DNA from: Camelus dromedarius
Taxonomy: Eukaryota
Assembly: GCF_036321535.1 (NCBI RefSeq)
Contig: NC_087437.1
Span: forward strand, 119,228,001 to 119,292,000
DNA length: 64,000 nt
Direction: 5' to 3'
The notes below the pieces were generated by a model that saw only the letters and a program-made list of their open reading frames with translations, was not told the DNA's origin and ran no database searches. The position numbers and the translations under genes are program-made. Shown piece after piece: positions 40,430 to 52,700 of this stretch. Each line of letters begins with the position of its first letter. The stretch's first letter is position 1.

Positions 40430-42760
40430 GAGCAACTAGTCTCAGTGCCCCTTCTGACCAAGATGGGGTAATGGAGACTGCATTTGCCATCTGGCTTGAA
40501 ACAAGTGGATTCCTAAAAAAGCGTATGAAAAAGCGATTGAGGAGCTGGAGCCAGGAGGCCCGGGGAGACGTGGGGCTAGGGTTCTGAGGGGAGAGCGGCA
40601 GAGGGGGGAAAGCTGCTCAGACAGAGGCCTCGTGATTCCTCAGCCAAGTACTGATCAGCACACGCATATGAGGAAACTTCGGAGGCCAGGAAGAGAGCCA
40701 CCTGAATGAACAAGAGGGAACAACCCTGGAGCTCACAGCACTTTAAATAATTCATGGGACACTGGGTAGAAGGAGTGTGTTTGCCTCAGTAGTGGAGCAA
40801 AATTAGCCCTAGATTAAATTCTGCTCTGATCCCACTTAGTGCAGTTTAAAAACAAAACCTAAAAAGATAGAGCGGCTTCCAAGTTAATTATGTCCCCCAA
40901 ACAAAGCTCTAGAATATTTATAGGACTAGAAAAACACTCGGCACCCGAAAAGGTGAAATTCACAGTGTCTACCATCTGACAAAAATTACCAGATACGCCA
41001 AGGGCAGAAAACCGGTACCCAGAATGGGGAGAAAAAAAAGTAAATCAAAACCAAGCCAGAAATGGAACAGATGATAGAATTAGTATAGAAGGACATAAAA
41101 AAAGTTGCTTTAACTGAATTCCATATGTTCAAGAAGCAAGAGGAAAGATCAAACATGTTAAGTAGAGTCATACAAGATATAAATAAGATCCAAATCAAAT
41201 TTCTAGAGATGAAAACTACACCAGATGGTTAATAGCAGATTAGATGTTGCAGGGGAAAAAAAAAGCTGATAAACTACAAGCATAACATTAGAAACCACCC
41301 AAAACGAAACAGAGAGAACAAAAGGGAAAATTTTAAAAAAGCAACGGTGATCTCTGGGACAATTTCAAATGGCCTAGTAAGTGTGTAATTGGAGTCCTGA
41401 AGGAGAGAGAAGAAAGAAAAAAATATTTAAAGAAATAAGGGCTGAAAAATTTCCAAATCTGATAAAAACTGTAAACTCAAACATCCAAGAAATTAAATGA
41501 GCCCCCATGTGCATGGACACACACACACACACACACAGAAACACACACACACCATAAAAGTACACCATGGTGCATCATAATCAGATTCATAAAGCTGCTA
41601 ATAAAGAGAAAAACTTAAAAGCAAAAATGATATATTATGTTTAGGGGAACAAAGATAAGGATGGCAGGTTTCTTATAGGAAATAATTCAAGGTAGAAACA
41701 GTGAAGCAACATCTTTAAAGTACTGAAGGAAATAGCTATCCATTCTAGAGTTCTATACTCAGAAAACTATCTTTCAAAATTGGCAAAATAAAGACTTCTC
41801 TAGACATACACAAGCCGAAGTGATTCAGCACCAGTAGACCTTCACAAGCTATGTCAGCATTAATGCCCTTCAGGCAGAAGGACAACGATTCCGTCTAGAA
41901 ACTCGGATCTGCAGGTGAAGTGAAGAGTGCCAGGAGTGGAAACGTACATGGGTAAATATAAGGACTTAGTTTCTTATTAATTAAATTCCTTTAAAAATTT
42001 AATTGACTATTATAGCAAAAATAATGACAATGTATTGTGGGGCTTACACCATACACAGATGTGAAGCGTATGACAACCACGGCACAAAGACGGAGAAGTG
42101 TAAGCTGTCAATTCTTGTATCACCCATGTAATGGCATGATATTACTGAGGGCAGACCATGATAAAGTAAAGGTGCATACTGCAAACCAAAAGCAGCCACT
42201 AAAATAATGAAACAAAGCTGTAGCTGATAAGCCAACCAAGATGATAAATGAAATCATAAAAATTACTAGTGAAATCATTAAAAATTCAGTTAATACAAAA
42301 AAGAAAGAAAAAGAGAAAACAGGGAACACAGAATGGGTGAAATAAGTAGCAAGTAGACAATAGGATGGTAGATTTAAATGCAACCATATCAATAATTATG
42401 TTAAACGTAAATGATAGAAAGACATTAGAGTAAAAGACAGAGGATGTCAGATTGGATTTAAAAAATCAGTGCCCGGATACACACTGCCGACGAGAGACAC
42501 ACTTTAAATACAATGACACAAACAGGTTACAAGCAGAAGAATGGAACATATATACCATGCTAAAATTAGTCAGAAGAAAGCTGGAGTAGTTATAGCAATG
42601 CAAATGAAGTAGGCTTCACAGCAGATAAAGAAGTCATTTAAAAAATGATAAAGGAGTCAATTGATCAACCTGTACATTTATGCACCTAGTATCAGTGTTA
42701 AACTACGTGATACAAAATGGATAGAACTGAAAGGAAAAAGAGACAAGGAGACAATTATAG
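40430..42760 (+). mobile_element. Degraded old L1 5' part: ORF1 remnant and start of ORF2 endonuclease
   Basis: ORF1-like GTAATTGGAGTCCTGAAGGAGAG...AAATATTTAAAGAAATAAGGGCTGAAAAATTTCCAAAT. EN-like TAAAAGACAGAGGATGTCAGATTGGATT...GAGACACACTTTAAAT...CAGAAGAAAGCTGGAGTAG. Many stops. Confidence 0.8.
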
Positions 42761-42839
42761 TCCTCCCTCTCTCCCTCCCTCCTTTCCTTGCTCCTTCCCT
42801 CCTTCGTTCCTCCAGCCATCTCTCCTTTGTTAAAAGCCA

Positions 42840-44040
42840 TTAGGTAGCTCCCCACACTGTGGGCAATTAGCTGAGTGTGGAAGGCAGGCCCAAGCGGGCA
42901 GGAGGCTGGCTGCGTGCAGGGAGACAGAGGGAGTGGGAGCCTCACTGTCAGAGAGGGCAGCCGTGGAATAGGCCGTGTGAAGTTGGATTGGAACTGAAGC
43001 TGTGAGTGTGAACTCACAGATTCCTGAACACGTCCATAGGTCCAGAAGATTCAGAAATAAGTCCAGATGCATGTGTAAGTTCGTGTGTATTTTTTCCCTT
43101 GAAGTCCATCCGATGAAGGGCCTGGGAGCACCCACACTTTAGTTAGTATCAGCAAGCACACTTAGTGCCCAGCTCCTGGTCTCCAAACACCACTGTCCAC
43201 TAAAAGGGATCAGATTCCTTAGAGAAATGGCTTGTTTGGGGGGCCTGGCCTGGAAGGAGTGAGATGGGTCTGGAACATCTTGATGAGTCAGAAAGCAAGA
43301 ATAAAGGGGACATGCCAGAGTCAGAGAAGCCAGTGTGAAGTTCCCACTAGCTAAACCTAGAATAATCTGAGCATCAAAATAAAAGAAAATGACAGCAATT
43401 GATCATAAACCATTGAATAGAATAGGAATCCACGACCCTCAACACATAAGCAAGTAAATAAATTAACGAGAGTAACAGAACATTTGTTTTTCTTGCAGTC
43501 AAAAGCCCACAAATAAATGAAGAAAGAATGGAGGTTTGAGAAAATCTCCATTTGGCAACAACTATAGAAATAATTCAGGCAAGACACAGAAACATCAACA
43601 GATGCTAAAATTAGTGGGTAAAAGTGCGATGAGGAATGGACTTTTACAGAGTCTCAAAATGTCTCCCTGCAAAACATTTATTAACTACAAAGGGGGGAAA
43701 CATAGTGAAGAAGCCTGGCAGGAAAGAGCTCAGTCAAAGGATTGAAATTAATACCGTTGGTAACAGGACACACAGGAGTCGTGTGCCACCCATAGGCTGA
43801 AGTGGAAAGAACACAGCCTCTGTGTTACTCTGGTTCAAAAATATGTAACATAGTCTCGTCCTGAGAAAACACCAGACAAACTCCGGTTGAGGAAGTCAAG
43901 GCGACTGGCCCCCCATCTTCAAAGTTATCAAGGCCATAGGAGTCAGACAGGCTGAGGAATATTCCAGATCGAGGGAGACCAGAGAATATGGGGCTATCTG
44001 CACGGGGCAGGAAGGGCAAGTGAAAAAAATAAGACGGGAG
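42840..44040 (+). mobile_element. Old L1 (L1MC/MD-like) 3' region
   Basis: CCCAGCTCCTGGTCTCCAAACACCACTGTCCACTAAAAGGGATCAGATTCCTTAGAGAAATGGCT and later blocks parallel the L1 at about 12900-13900. Confidence 0.6.
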
Positions 44041-45820
44041 GGAAACAAGCCTGTTACTCCTTTACAAAATCCCAGACACACGTGAGCAGCGGCGTCCGCT
44101 GTTCCGACCACCCTAGTAACAGCTGCCCACGAGCTGCGGCTCTCCGAGGTCCGCCGAGCCGCCTGCCCAGGCAGCCGGCCGCGCTGACGTGCCTGACGGG
44201 CGCTGCGGCAGTGCTGGGACCTCCCCACCCCCCGAAAGCCAGCCCAGCAGCACAAGGGTGGTGCATCTACAAAGCTGAAGGGGCTCGTCTACCTGATGCT
44301 TGCTGTTCGAACATTTCCCTTCCTGCTTGGGCTTCCGGAGAACCGTTTAAAAATTAAAATACACTTAGGGGTCTCTTATTGAGTAGCTGAATCAAAATCT
44401 GGGGATTATGTGCAGAAATATTCAGGAAGTTTTCTTCTAACATTACCTAAAAAAAAAAAAAAGTCTGGTTGTTTCTGGTCTTTTTCAGGACTTTATTTTT
44501 TTGCTGTATTTATTTGTCAAAGACACTTAATAGGCCCCTTCCCTGGTCCGGTCCTGTAAAGACAGAGACACATAACAGCCCCTTCCCTCGGGCCCCTCCC
44601 AGTCTCGTGGCACAAACTGTGTGTGGGTCAGGCGGTAGGCAGTAAGGGGACAGTAGGAAGGGTTGTGTTGGGGTTTCGGGGGACAATCAGGAGGGCAACG
44701 GCTGGAGTGAGGAGTGGGTGGCTAGGGGTGGGGAGGTATTTCCTGGAGGAAGTGATGCCAACCGCAGCAAACGGGACCTAAGACCTTCAGCTGGGTGACA
44801 AGCAGGCAGGCATGGCTGTGAGGACCCTGCTGCGGAGGATGGGGGCCGACAGCCTGCCCTGACAGCCCAGTTCACGCCACAGCAGGGCCGCACCAGGCTT
44901 TATTTTTAAAGTGCTTCTATGACAACGAGGGGAAACATTTTCTCCAGAGATCCGCCTTGTATGAGGAATACCTGCCACTCAACTTTCATGTTCATAAAGC
45001 CAAGATCTGGCCCCCAGCTGGGAAAGTATTACATGTTGGACACATGGCTTTGCCACCACAGAGTTTACTGTCTTGAGTGTGTGCCTACGACCGAGGAGGC
45101 TGCCAGCAGGGCTGCAACAAGCCCAAACCTCAGAAAGCCTGTCATTACTAACAAAGGGCAAACCTCAGTTTTTAAAGCAAAACAGTATTTGGTGGCAAAT
45201 TGAACAGCAGGGCTAAAGTAGATTAAAATAAAGATTCAAACATTTATTCCCAGTGCCTTGTTCAAGAAACTTCTAGCCAGAGGCTCCCAAGAAAGGCTAG
45301 TTTGGGATATCAGGCAAGGAAAACAAAACCACCAGAAGGGGTGAGGGCACACGCAGGTGGAGGAACTGGCACCGTCACCCAGTGTGTCCCCTCTCCCTCC
45401 CCTGCGTCCAGCCAGCCCTCAGCGGCAATCTGGCACGCCCTCAGCTCTGCTCTTCACCCTATAGGGGAAGCTAATGTCACGCAAGTCGACACAGCTCAGT
45501 GTTTTGGAAGCATCTCATTGGAATGAAAACAGATGCTGCAACGTGGAATCCCTTAAATTATGAACAAAGCTACTGTGTCGATTGCTATGCTGAAATGTCA
45601 ACGCAGGGCGCTAAACTTTTCCTTTTACGCATTTACCCCACGATCATTTGAAAAACCACTACTCTGAACAGAAAAAGGTGGCCAGGCAGACTGCCGCTCA
45701 CAGGGTTTTAGTTACCACATATTTATGGGGCCCAAATGACTTAAGCTTTAGTGCAACTTGTATCACTAAGGTTCAAAACATACCAATGAGACCACGACTC
45801 AAAACAAAATACAGTACAAA

Positions 45821-45826
45821 TTTATT
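45821..45826 (-). terminator. Probable main poly(A) signal of ZBTB21
   Basis: Minus strand AATAAA followed by U/GU-rich sequence (ttgtactgtattttgttttgagt...ggtatgttttt). It lies near the edge of the AT-rich block. Confidence 0.55.
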
Positions 45827-46682
45827 GACTCCAATCAATCTTAGTCAAGATTTAAGCAAAGTAAACAGACAATTGGATACAAATAAGCAATGGATTAACA
45901 TCAGATAGAAGTCCTATTTTACTATGAATTTTTAGTCCGAAAAAGCTTATTCCTAAATAAAATTGAACAGTGATTTCTCTGCTAAGGCATATAACAACAA
46001 AATACAATTATAAAACCACATTTGTTTTTCTTTTAGCAGTAAGCATTTATTCAACGAAAATTCTGAAACAGCGTTGGATTAATGTCAACAGGAAATTATC
46101 ACCTTTTGAAAATCAGTATTAACCAAGTGTAATTTTGTGGAAAATCTGGGCAGCACTGCTAAATGACTAAAATTCAATTATTTTAAAGATTTACAGTAAA
46201 ATACTTTGGTTCCCAAATGACTCTCTACATGGAATTTTGAAAAAAACCTGACATTGACTCATTTTCCTCGCCTCCAGAATCTAAACACGGACCGTTGAGG
46301 GTTCTCCCCAGTCACGTGGCAAGGCGGCAGGCTAGGGCACACACCGGGAAGCCCTGAGCGGCTCGCCAAGAACTACGCAAACGCCAATCTTAAAGTGCTA
46401 AAGCCACAAGGGAAAAACCAATTTGTAAAACTTAAAAAAAAAGCCAGTGTTAAAGAACTTATTAAAGAATACGTGTTAGCATTATTTACATCAATAATGC
46501 TTTTCACAATTATTGCAAAAAACATCAATGAGACATCAGAAATTGGGAAGCTGACTCATAATATTCCAGTATTAATTAGTGCAATTTATAAAGAAACAGG
46601 TTATGAGTGGCATCTAAGTATTTTTGTAGTAAGAAAATTAAGATAATTTTACTTGCTGAAGTTCCAGATTCAGGTAGTACAT

Positions 46683-46695
46683 ACACACGCGCGCG

Positions 46696-46729
<34 letters not shown>
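46683..46729. repeat. (CA)n/(CG)n microsatellite within the ZBTB21 3'UTR; (UG)n in the mRNA
   Basis: ACACACGCGCGCGCTCACACACACAC... Confidence 0.95.
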
Positions 46730-46731
<2 letters not shown>

Positions 46732-49700
46732 CTGAGGGAACAAAGGCCGACTTGGATCAGCCCACCCGTCTCCTCCTCACCCGACCGCCCAGTTGGCCTG
46801 AAGACATCTCTCACCTCCACCAAAGGGCATATGTTAATCCTGTCTTGGTTTCTACTCTCAGCACCAGTGGGTGCAGATGCTCACCGATTAGGCGCTGGGA
46901 CGTATTTTTTAAGAGAAGGCTATGATGATCTGTTCTAAAACAGAAAACCAAGAATCGCATCCATCTCCCCACAAATGCAAACAGCATCACTATCAAATTG
47001 TTAGTTGAATATTTTAACAAAATTGTAAACGTATATACTAACCGTAACTAGCTTTAAGGTGAATGTTCTATTACCTCTAATATTAATTTAAATATTACTA
47101 TAAAAATGCACACTGTTACTTCCATTGCTTACTTTGAAAAACACACACTTTTTGTGGTGTTCCTCCCTCCCCCACGAAGGAAAGGATTCAACAGCAAGTT
47201 TTCAGGTTAACAAAGAATATATTAAAACATCTGACATTCTTTCCACAACTGCATAAAAAAGCAGGCACCCTGAATACTTACAAGGAATAATGGCCTTTCT
47301 ACATTTTCAAAAATTAATTACAATCAGAAAAAAACATTTTCAAGAATATCCTTTACTAGCTAATACGTTTCAGCAAGAAAAGACCAACCTGTCTTAAGCC
47401 AAGTATTTGCCCACTGGCTGAGATAAACATTCTTAAAAAAACCTGTTTACTGAATGAAGTAATTAACATGTCTTTCATTATTTCATAGTTTACATCTTAA
47501 CGTTTAAAATAGTTGAATGAGTGGAAGCATATTTTTTGACCACCAAAATAAACTTTCAGCTTAACGCTTTTAAGGTACAGTATAAAAAGTAATAGAAAAA
47601 CCAGAACTGCATTATAAATGTTTTTGGTTCAAAATTTTATTTGAAATCTTATGTTCCTTGCCTAGACAAAAACGTGAACAAGACAAAACACTGGCAATTT
47701 TTAAAATCTAACAGATATGCAGAGCCTATATTTAGATCAAAAATACTTTCTGTACTAATTAATGTTATTAAAAATCTTCAAAAATGTAGCATAAAGGTTC
47801 AGTTCCTGGGATGCTGAATTTACAGTGCCAGCATCCTGCGTATCACGGAATTACTAATAAGTAATGACTACTCTGAAGGAAACTATCTTCTTCTGAAGTT
47901 ACAGCTCCCAGGGTGTTCAGAGTAAGAATTCACATAAAATCATATGCTTTAGTTTTGTCTTTAAAATGCATAGATTTCTTCAAGAAAATGTAAAGATGGT
48001 AATCAATGACAACTGCAACTTAATTTTAATTTTTCTATCAAATTTAAGAACAAAAAGAGGACCACGCGAACATCTGGGGACTTCTGATAGTTTCCAAATG
48101 AAAGAATAAAAGGCAAGATTTCAAAGCCAATTAGAAATGTGTAAGAATGCTTGTGCTTCGACAAGAAAGTGAGAGTACCTTTCCTACCACCTGTCCGGAG
48201 CGCGGGGCCGTGTGGGTGAGGACAGGGTGCTTCCTGCCACAGTGCAGATCCACGTACGCAGCAGAGTATTTCTTACTCACAGAAGTTGACTTTGTTATTT
48301 GAAATAGCTTGCGGAAAAAGAAAAAAAGAATTCAGTAAACTTGGAGGCTTACTCCATCACGGCCTTAAAAGGAGTCAGGGGCTTCGGCAGTATTTCTACT
48401 TTACGTATCTAACCTCCCTACCAGTGCAGTGATTTTTTTTCCTTTTGAAACACCCCACTGAACTTTGGATTACACCTACTGAAAGGCTTTGAATTACAAC
48501 CTACACAAAACAGGAAAAAAAAAAACCCCAGACCCTATGGGCCAAAATAAATAGCAAAAATGACTTTTGGACCCTTGAGAGTGCTTTAATACATATGTAT
48601 GAAATATTCAGCAATGACTTAAAGCAGAATGGTTTCACTGTGAACGTTCTACCACGATAAACTCCAAAAAATTCTAACAGAAATCACAGGGCAAAGAGGC
48701 AGGAAAACTGATGACCGTAAATATTGTTCTTGAAGAGCATGTGGAGAATGCAGTGTGGTTTCTCCCTCTGCTTCAAGTCCCAGGAAGCAAAAGGTACTTT
48801 GGGATTCAGAGCAGCTGTACTCACTCCGGGGGGCCTGGGCGCTACGTAAATCTTTATCCCAACCTTGTTACACTAATGTTGTTATTAGTGCCATGTGCTA
48901 CCTTTGTATTTTGCCCCCAGTACACTCAGATTTTCAATCTGGGACAGCACAGACTGGGGGGAGCAAACACGCACAGCCCTTCAGTGCTGGTATGAATTCA
49001 GAGCCTAGACCGCTGTGCCCAGGGAGCCCGCCGCTGCCGGGGATTTGGAAACTGACGTACAGGGGCTTCCGGAAATCCTACTGTTTTCATTCCCCAAGTC
49101 TTCAGTCACTAATTATAAGAAATGACCCAAGAGCCAGTTTTTTGTTATTTTATAAAAATCTAAGTATTACTATTGCTGATTTAAATTTCTCACAATTTTC
49201 ATACAAAAAAAGAGTTCTACATGACCACAAAATACCAAATATTTATTTTTATCAAGTGTCAGGATAACTTATTAAAGTTGAGGTTTATCACTTTTTTTTT
49301 TATTGCTGAAGGACTCAAAGATTTTAATCAATACTGCAAACTACTCCACTTCGTTCTGACATGTTTGACTTAAGAACATGGCTAAGATTTAACTAGAACT
49401 TAGGTGTCTTAATATAATTAAAAGAAGAAACACTGTCACAGTGTTTCTCTAATTGCAAACCAGTGGAAAAAACAAACCACCTCAAGTAAAAGATTATACT
49501 GACACCATGGAGTGAGGAACCATGCAAACAACCAAGAACAAATTTCAACATCAATGAAGTCAAATCATCCTGTGACTGTAAGGTCCAGAAGCACAATATT
49601 TTTTAATTTTTTTCTAGGTTGAGTAAGGACATTACAAATTAATATCAGTTTACCTCAAACTTATATTCAAGCATAACAATTTCCAACTTTTATTATTCTT

Positions 49701-49797
49701 TTTCAAAAATATTTTGTTTCTTATGACACAGTTCACAATTCGGGCTGAAATCTGGAGACCGGCTCCCAGCTCCTAACGGGTGAGGGGGGACGGTCTT

Positions 49798-52700
49798 CTA
49801 ATTGTGGGTTTGTTCGTGACTCCAGAGACTAAACGCCGTCTTGAATGTCCTGTGGCAAAGTTTGCACATAAACTGCCTCTTAAACGTGATGGCGGAGAGG
49901 GGGGGTGCGTGGTAAAAGAGCGTGTCCGATTCCTGGGGCACAAACAGTTTCTCGGTGGCGGGAGCGGGGTTTTCGGACAGGCCGGTGGGGCTGTCGGGCT
50001 CCAGGGGCTGGATCTTGGGCAGCGGCGGGGGCGGGGGCAGCGGGGGCGGCGACGGGGAGTTGGTGGGGACGGGGCACAGCTCAGAGTCCTTGTGCGCCGG
50101 GTCCTCCGTGGCCTGAGACATGTGGGACTGGAAGTGACTCCAGAGCCGAAAGTTGGTGCGAAAAGCTTTGTTGCACACGTGGCAGATGAAGGGCTTCACG
50201 GAGCACAGGAGCTCCTGGTGCCGCTCCAGCTGCTTGTGCGCAGGGAACGTCTTGCCGCACTTCTCGCAGGGCCACAGGCCGGAGTCCTGGCCGGGGGCCG
50301 CCTCCTTGGGGGCGGCGCTGGCCTCGGGCGCCGCCTCCTCCTCAGCCTCCTCCACCGGCTCCTCTTTGACCTGGATCTTCAGCTGCCTGGAGAGGCTGAG
50401 GTCTTCGGGGAGGCAGGAGGAGTCCTCCGAGTCGAAGTTGACTTGCTCCGAGCAGTCGCTGAACGCGTTGTCGTCTTTGGCGGCGGGCGCGTGGTTGGCT
50501 TTGCTGGGCTCGGCCTGGGCCTGGGGCCTGGCGGGGCCGCTCACCTCGCCGTTGTGGTCCAGCGCGGGCAGGGAGAGGTCCTCGGCCGGCGCCATGGTGT
50601 TCTGGTTGTGCACCTCCACCTGGTGCCGCCAGATGCTGAAGGAGGACTTGAAAGTGCGCATGCACTCCAGGCACGTCAGCTTCTTGTACTCACACTTACC
50701 CTCGTGCTCGTGCTTGAGCTCGGGCGAAAAAAACCTAAGGCTGCAGTAAGGGCAAACGGTGGCGTTTCGGCACAAGCGCTCGTGGTTCCCTTGTTCTAGA
50801 AGAGAAGAGAGCTTAGCGTTACAGAGGCGGCACTGGTAAACCTCCGAGCTCCCTACGGGGCTCTCGGGAGCGGCGCGCTCCTTCGGCTTAGCGGCTCTGT
50901 TTACTCCAAGGGGCTTTTCTCCCGGGTGCATCTTTATGTGCTGTTTGAACTGAGAGAGGAAGCGATAGGCTTTTCCACAGTACGTACAAATGTACGCTCC
51001 TTTGGCTCGGGATCGCAAGTTCCTCTTGATGACTTGTGCTTGGGAACTAGTCTGGCCCTGGAAGCCAGGCTTCCCGCGCCTGAGCTTAATGATCAGGGCC
51101 TTCTTAATCTCTCGCTCCCTCACTATGTCAATCAGCTTTCTTTGGAATTTTTCATCCAAAACGGCATGTGAACTAGAGGCTGGAGACGGGTTCTTCACTA
51201 TGCCGTGCTGGGTCTGACAGTGTGTCCACACTTTGAAGTTGGTGTGAAACCGCTTGTGACAGATGTCGCAAGCGTAGGGCTTTTCGGGGTTATGGTACAT
51301 GTTAATGTGCCGGTGCAGACCTGCTGTGGATCTAAAGATCTTAAGGCAATGTTTGCATTTAAATTTTTTGTTTGGTCTTGTTCCCTCCAACTCACCAAAT
51401 TCGTCCCTATTCAAGTCCGAATCTGGGAAGTCGGCCTGGAGGAGAGTGGGGCTGGCGCCTGCCTCAAAATGGTCTTCCGGCCCCGGAGACCCGTGCTCGT
51501 CCGCCTTCAGCTTCTTGACCGGCAGCCTCCGGTCCGCCTGGAACCTCCTCTTCGCCGGGAGCCGGCTCATGTCCTTTGGGTCGTCCTCTGTCTTCAGAGC
51601 TAGGTCCCTAGCGCCGGCAGAGGCGGCCGAGGCGTCCCCCACGGTGACACGGATGATGTCGGAGGGCTCGGGGGGGCTGTGCGGCTCGGCCTTCACCCGC
51701 ACCTCCACGGCGGGGGGCGCGCCCTCCCGCGCGGCCGGCTGGGAGGCGCTGAAGGACCGGAGGCGGTGCGGCTGCGGGGCCGGCCGGTCGTCCGGGGCCG
51801 CCCTCTCGTTGCATTCTTTCACTGAAGCCTTTTGAGATAACGCACCGAGCGCGTTCCCTGCTGCGTCGCCGGCCACCGAAGAGGGTCCCAGGGGAGACTT
51901 CAAGTCTACCGAGGCCGCGTACACGGGAACCTGGCTGTCCATCGACAGGGACCGCCGCAGCAGGCTCTTCACCAGCGGGCCGCTCCGGTCGATGCTCTGG
52001 TTCCCGGGGCCCGGCCCGCCGGACGGGATCACCAGCCCCAGCTTCGAGTAATACAGCAAGTTCCGATCCTCGCCCGGGCCGCCCCCTTTGCTGGTTTCCT
52101 TCAGCAGGTAGGGCGTCTCAGGCGAGCCCCGCAGAGACAGGACGGGCGGCCGCGGCCTCCTGAGGGCCAGCTCTATGGCTCTGCCTTTGGGGAGCGGCGC
52201 CCCGGCGGCCGGCTTATCGTCCAGCGCCTCCCGGTCCGGCAGAGGCTTGGGAGGCAGCGCCGCGGTCCGTTTGGCCGGGCCGCTGCGGGGCGGCTCCTCC
52301 GAAGAGCCGGCGTGCTCCGGGGGCTGGGCCGGGCCTGCGGGGCCGTCCTTCGGCCGGCTCTTGTCAGGCAGCGCCGCGCCGTGCAGCGGCTCGGCGGGCT
52401 TCGGGCCGGGGGGCTTCCCGCCGCCCGCCTTCCCCGCGAAGGGCCGGGAGGCGTGGCTGAGGTCGGGCTGCCCCAGGCTGGCGGGCTTTCCCTGCGCCTC
52501 GCTTCGGCCCTGGCACACTATGACGCTCCTCTTCTGAGAGCTGTTCTCATCCTCCTCCGCGAGCGCCTTCCTTCTGCTGGGACACGCGGGGAAGGGGGCC
52601 TGGGGGCTCTTGGAGGCGATGTTAGTCAGAAAGGAAATCCCAAGGCTGTAGCCCAGTTCTTGCACGGCGGCAAGGCTGCTTTTCTCAACAAACAAAGATG

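Larger units (their letters stand above)
45800..49797 (-). other. ZBTB21: ZBTB21 3'UTR (about 4 kb, AT-rich)
   Basis: Abrupt change to AT-rich sequence with no recognisable interspersed repeats right after the stop codon, extending to an AATAAA at 45821-45826 (minus strand). Confidence 0.7.

Noticed and set aside
48625..48650. CAGUGA loop-like sequence in the ZBTB21 3'UTR (IRE-like)
   Set aside because: The flanks do not form the 5-bp upper stem required for an iron-responsive element.
49780..50799. 339-aa ORF antisense to ZBTB21
   Set aside because: Shadow ORF. The G/C-ending codon bias of the sense gene removes antisense stops, it has a GTG start, and the peptide is low-complexity G/R/L/V.
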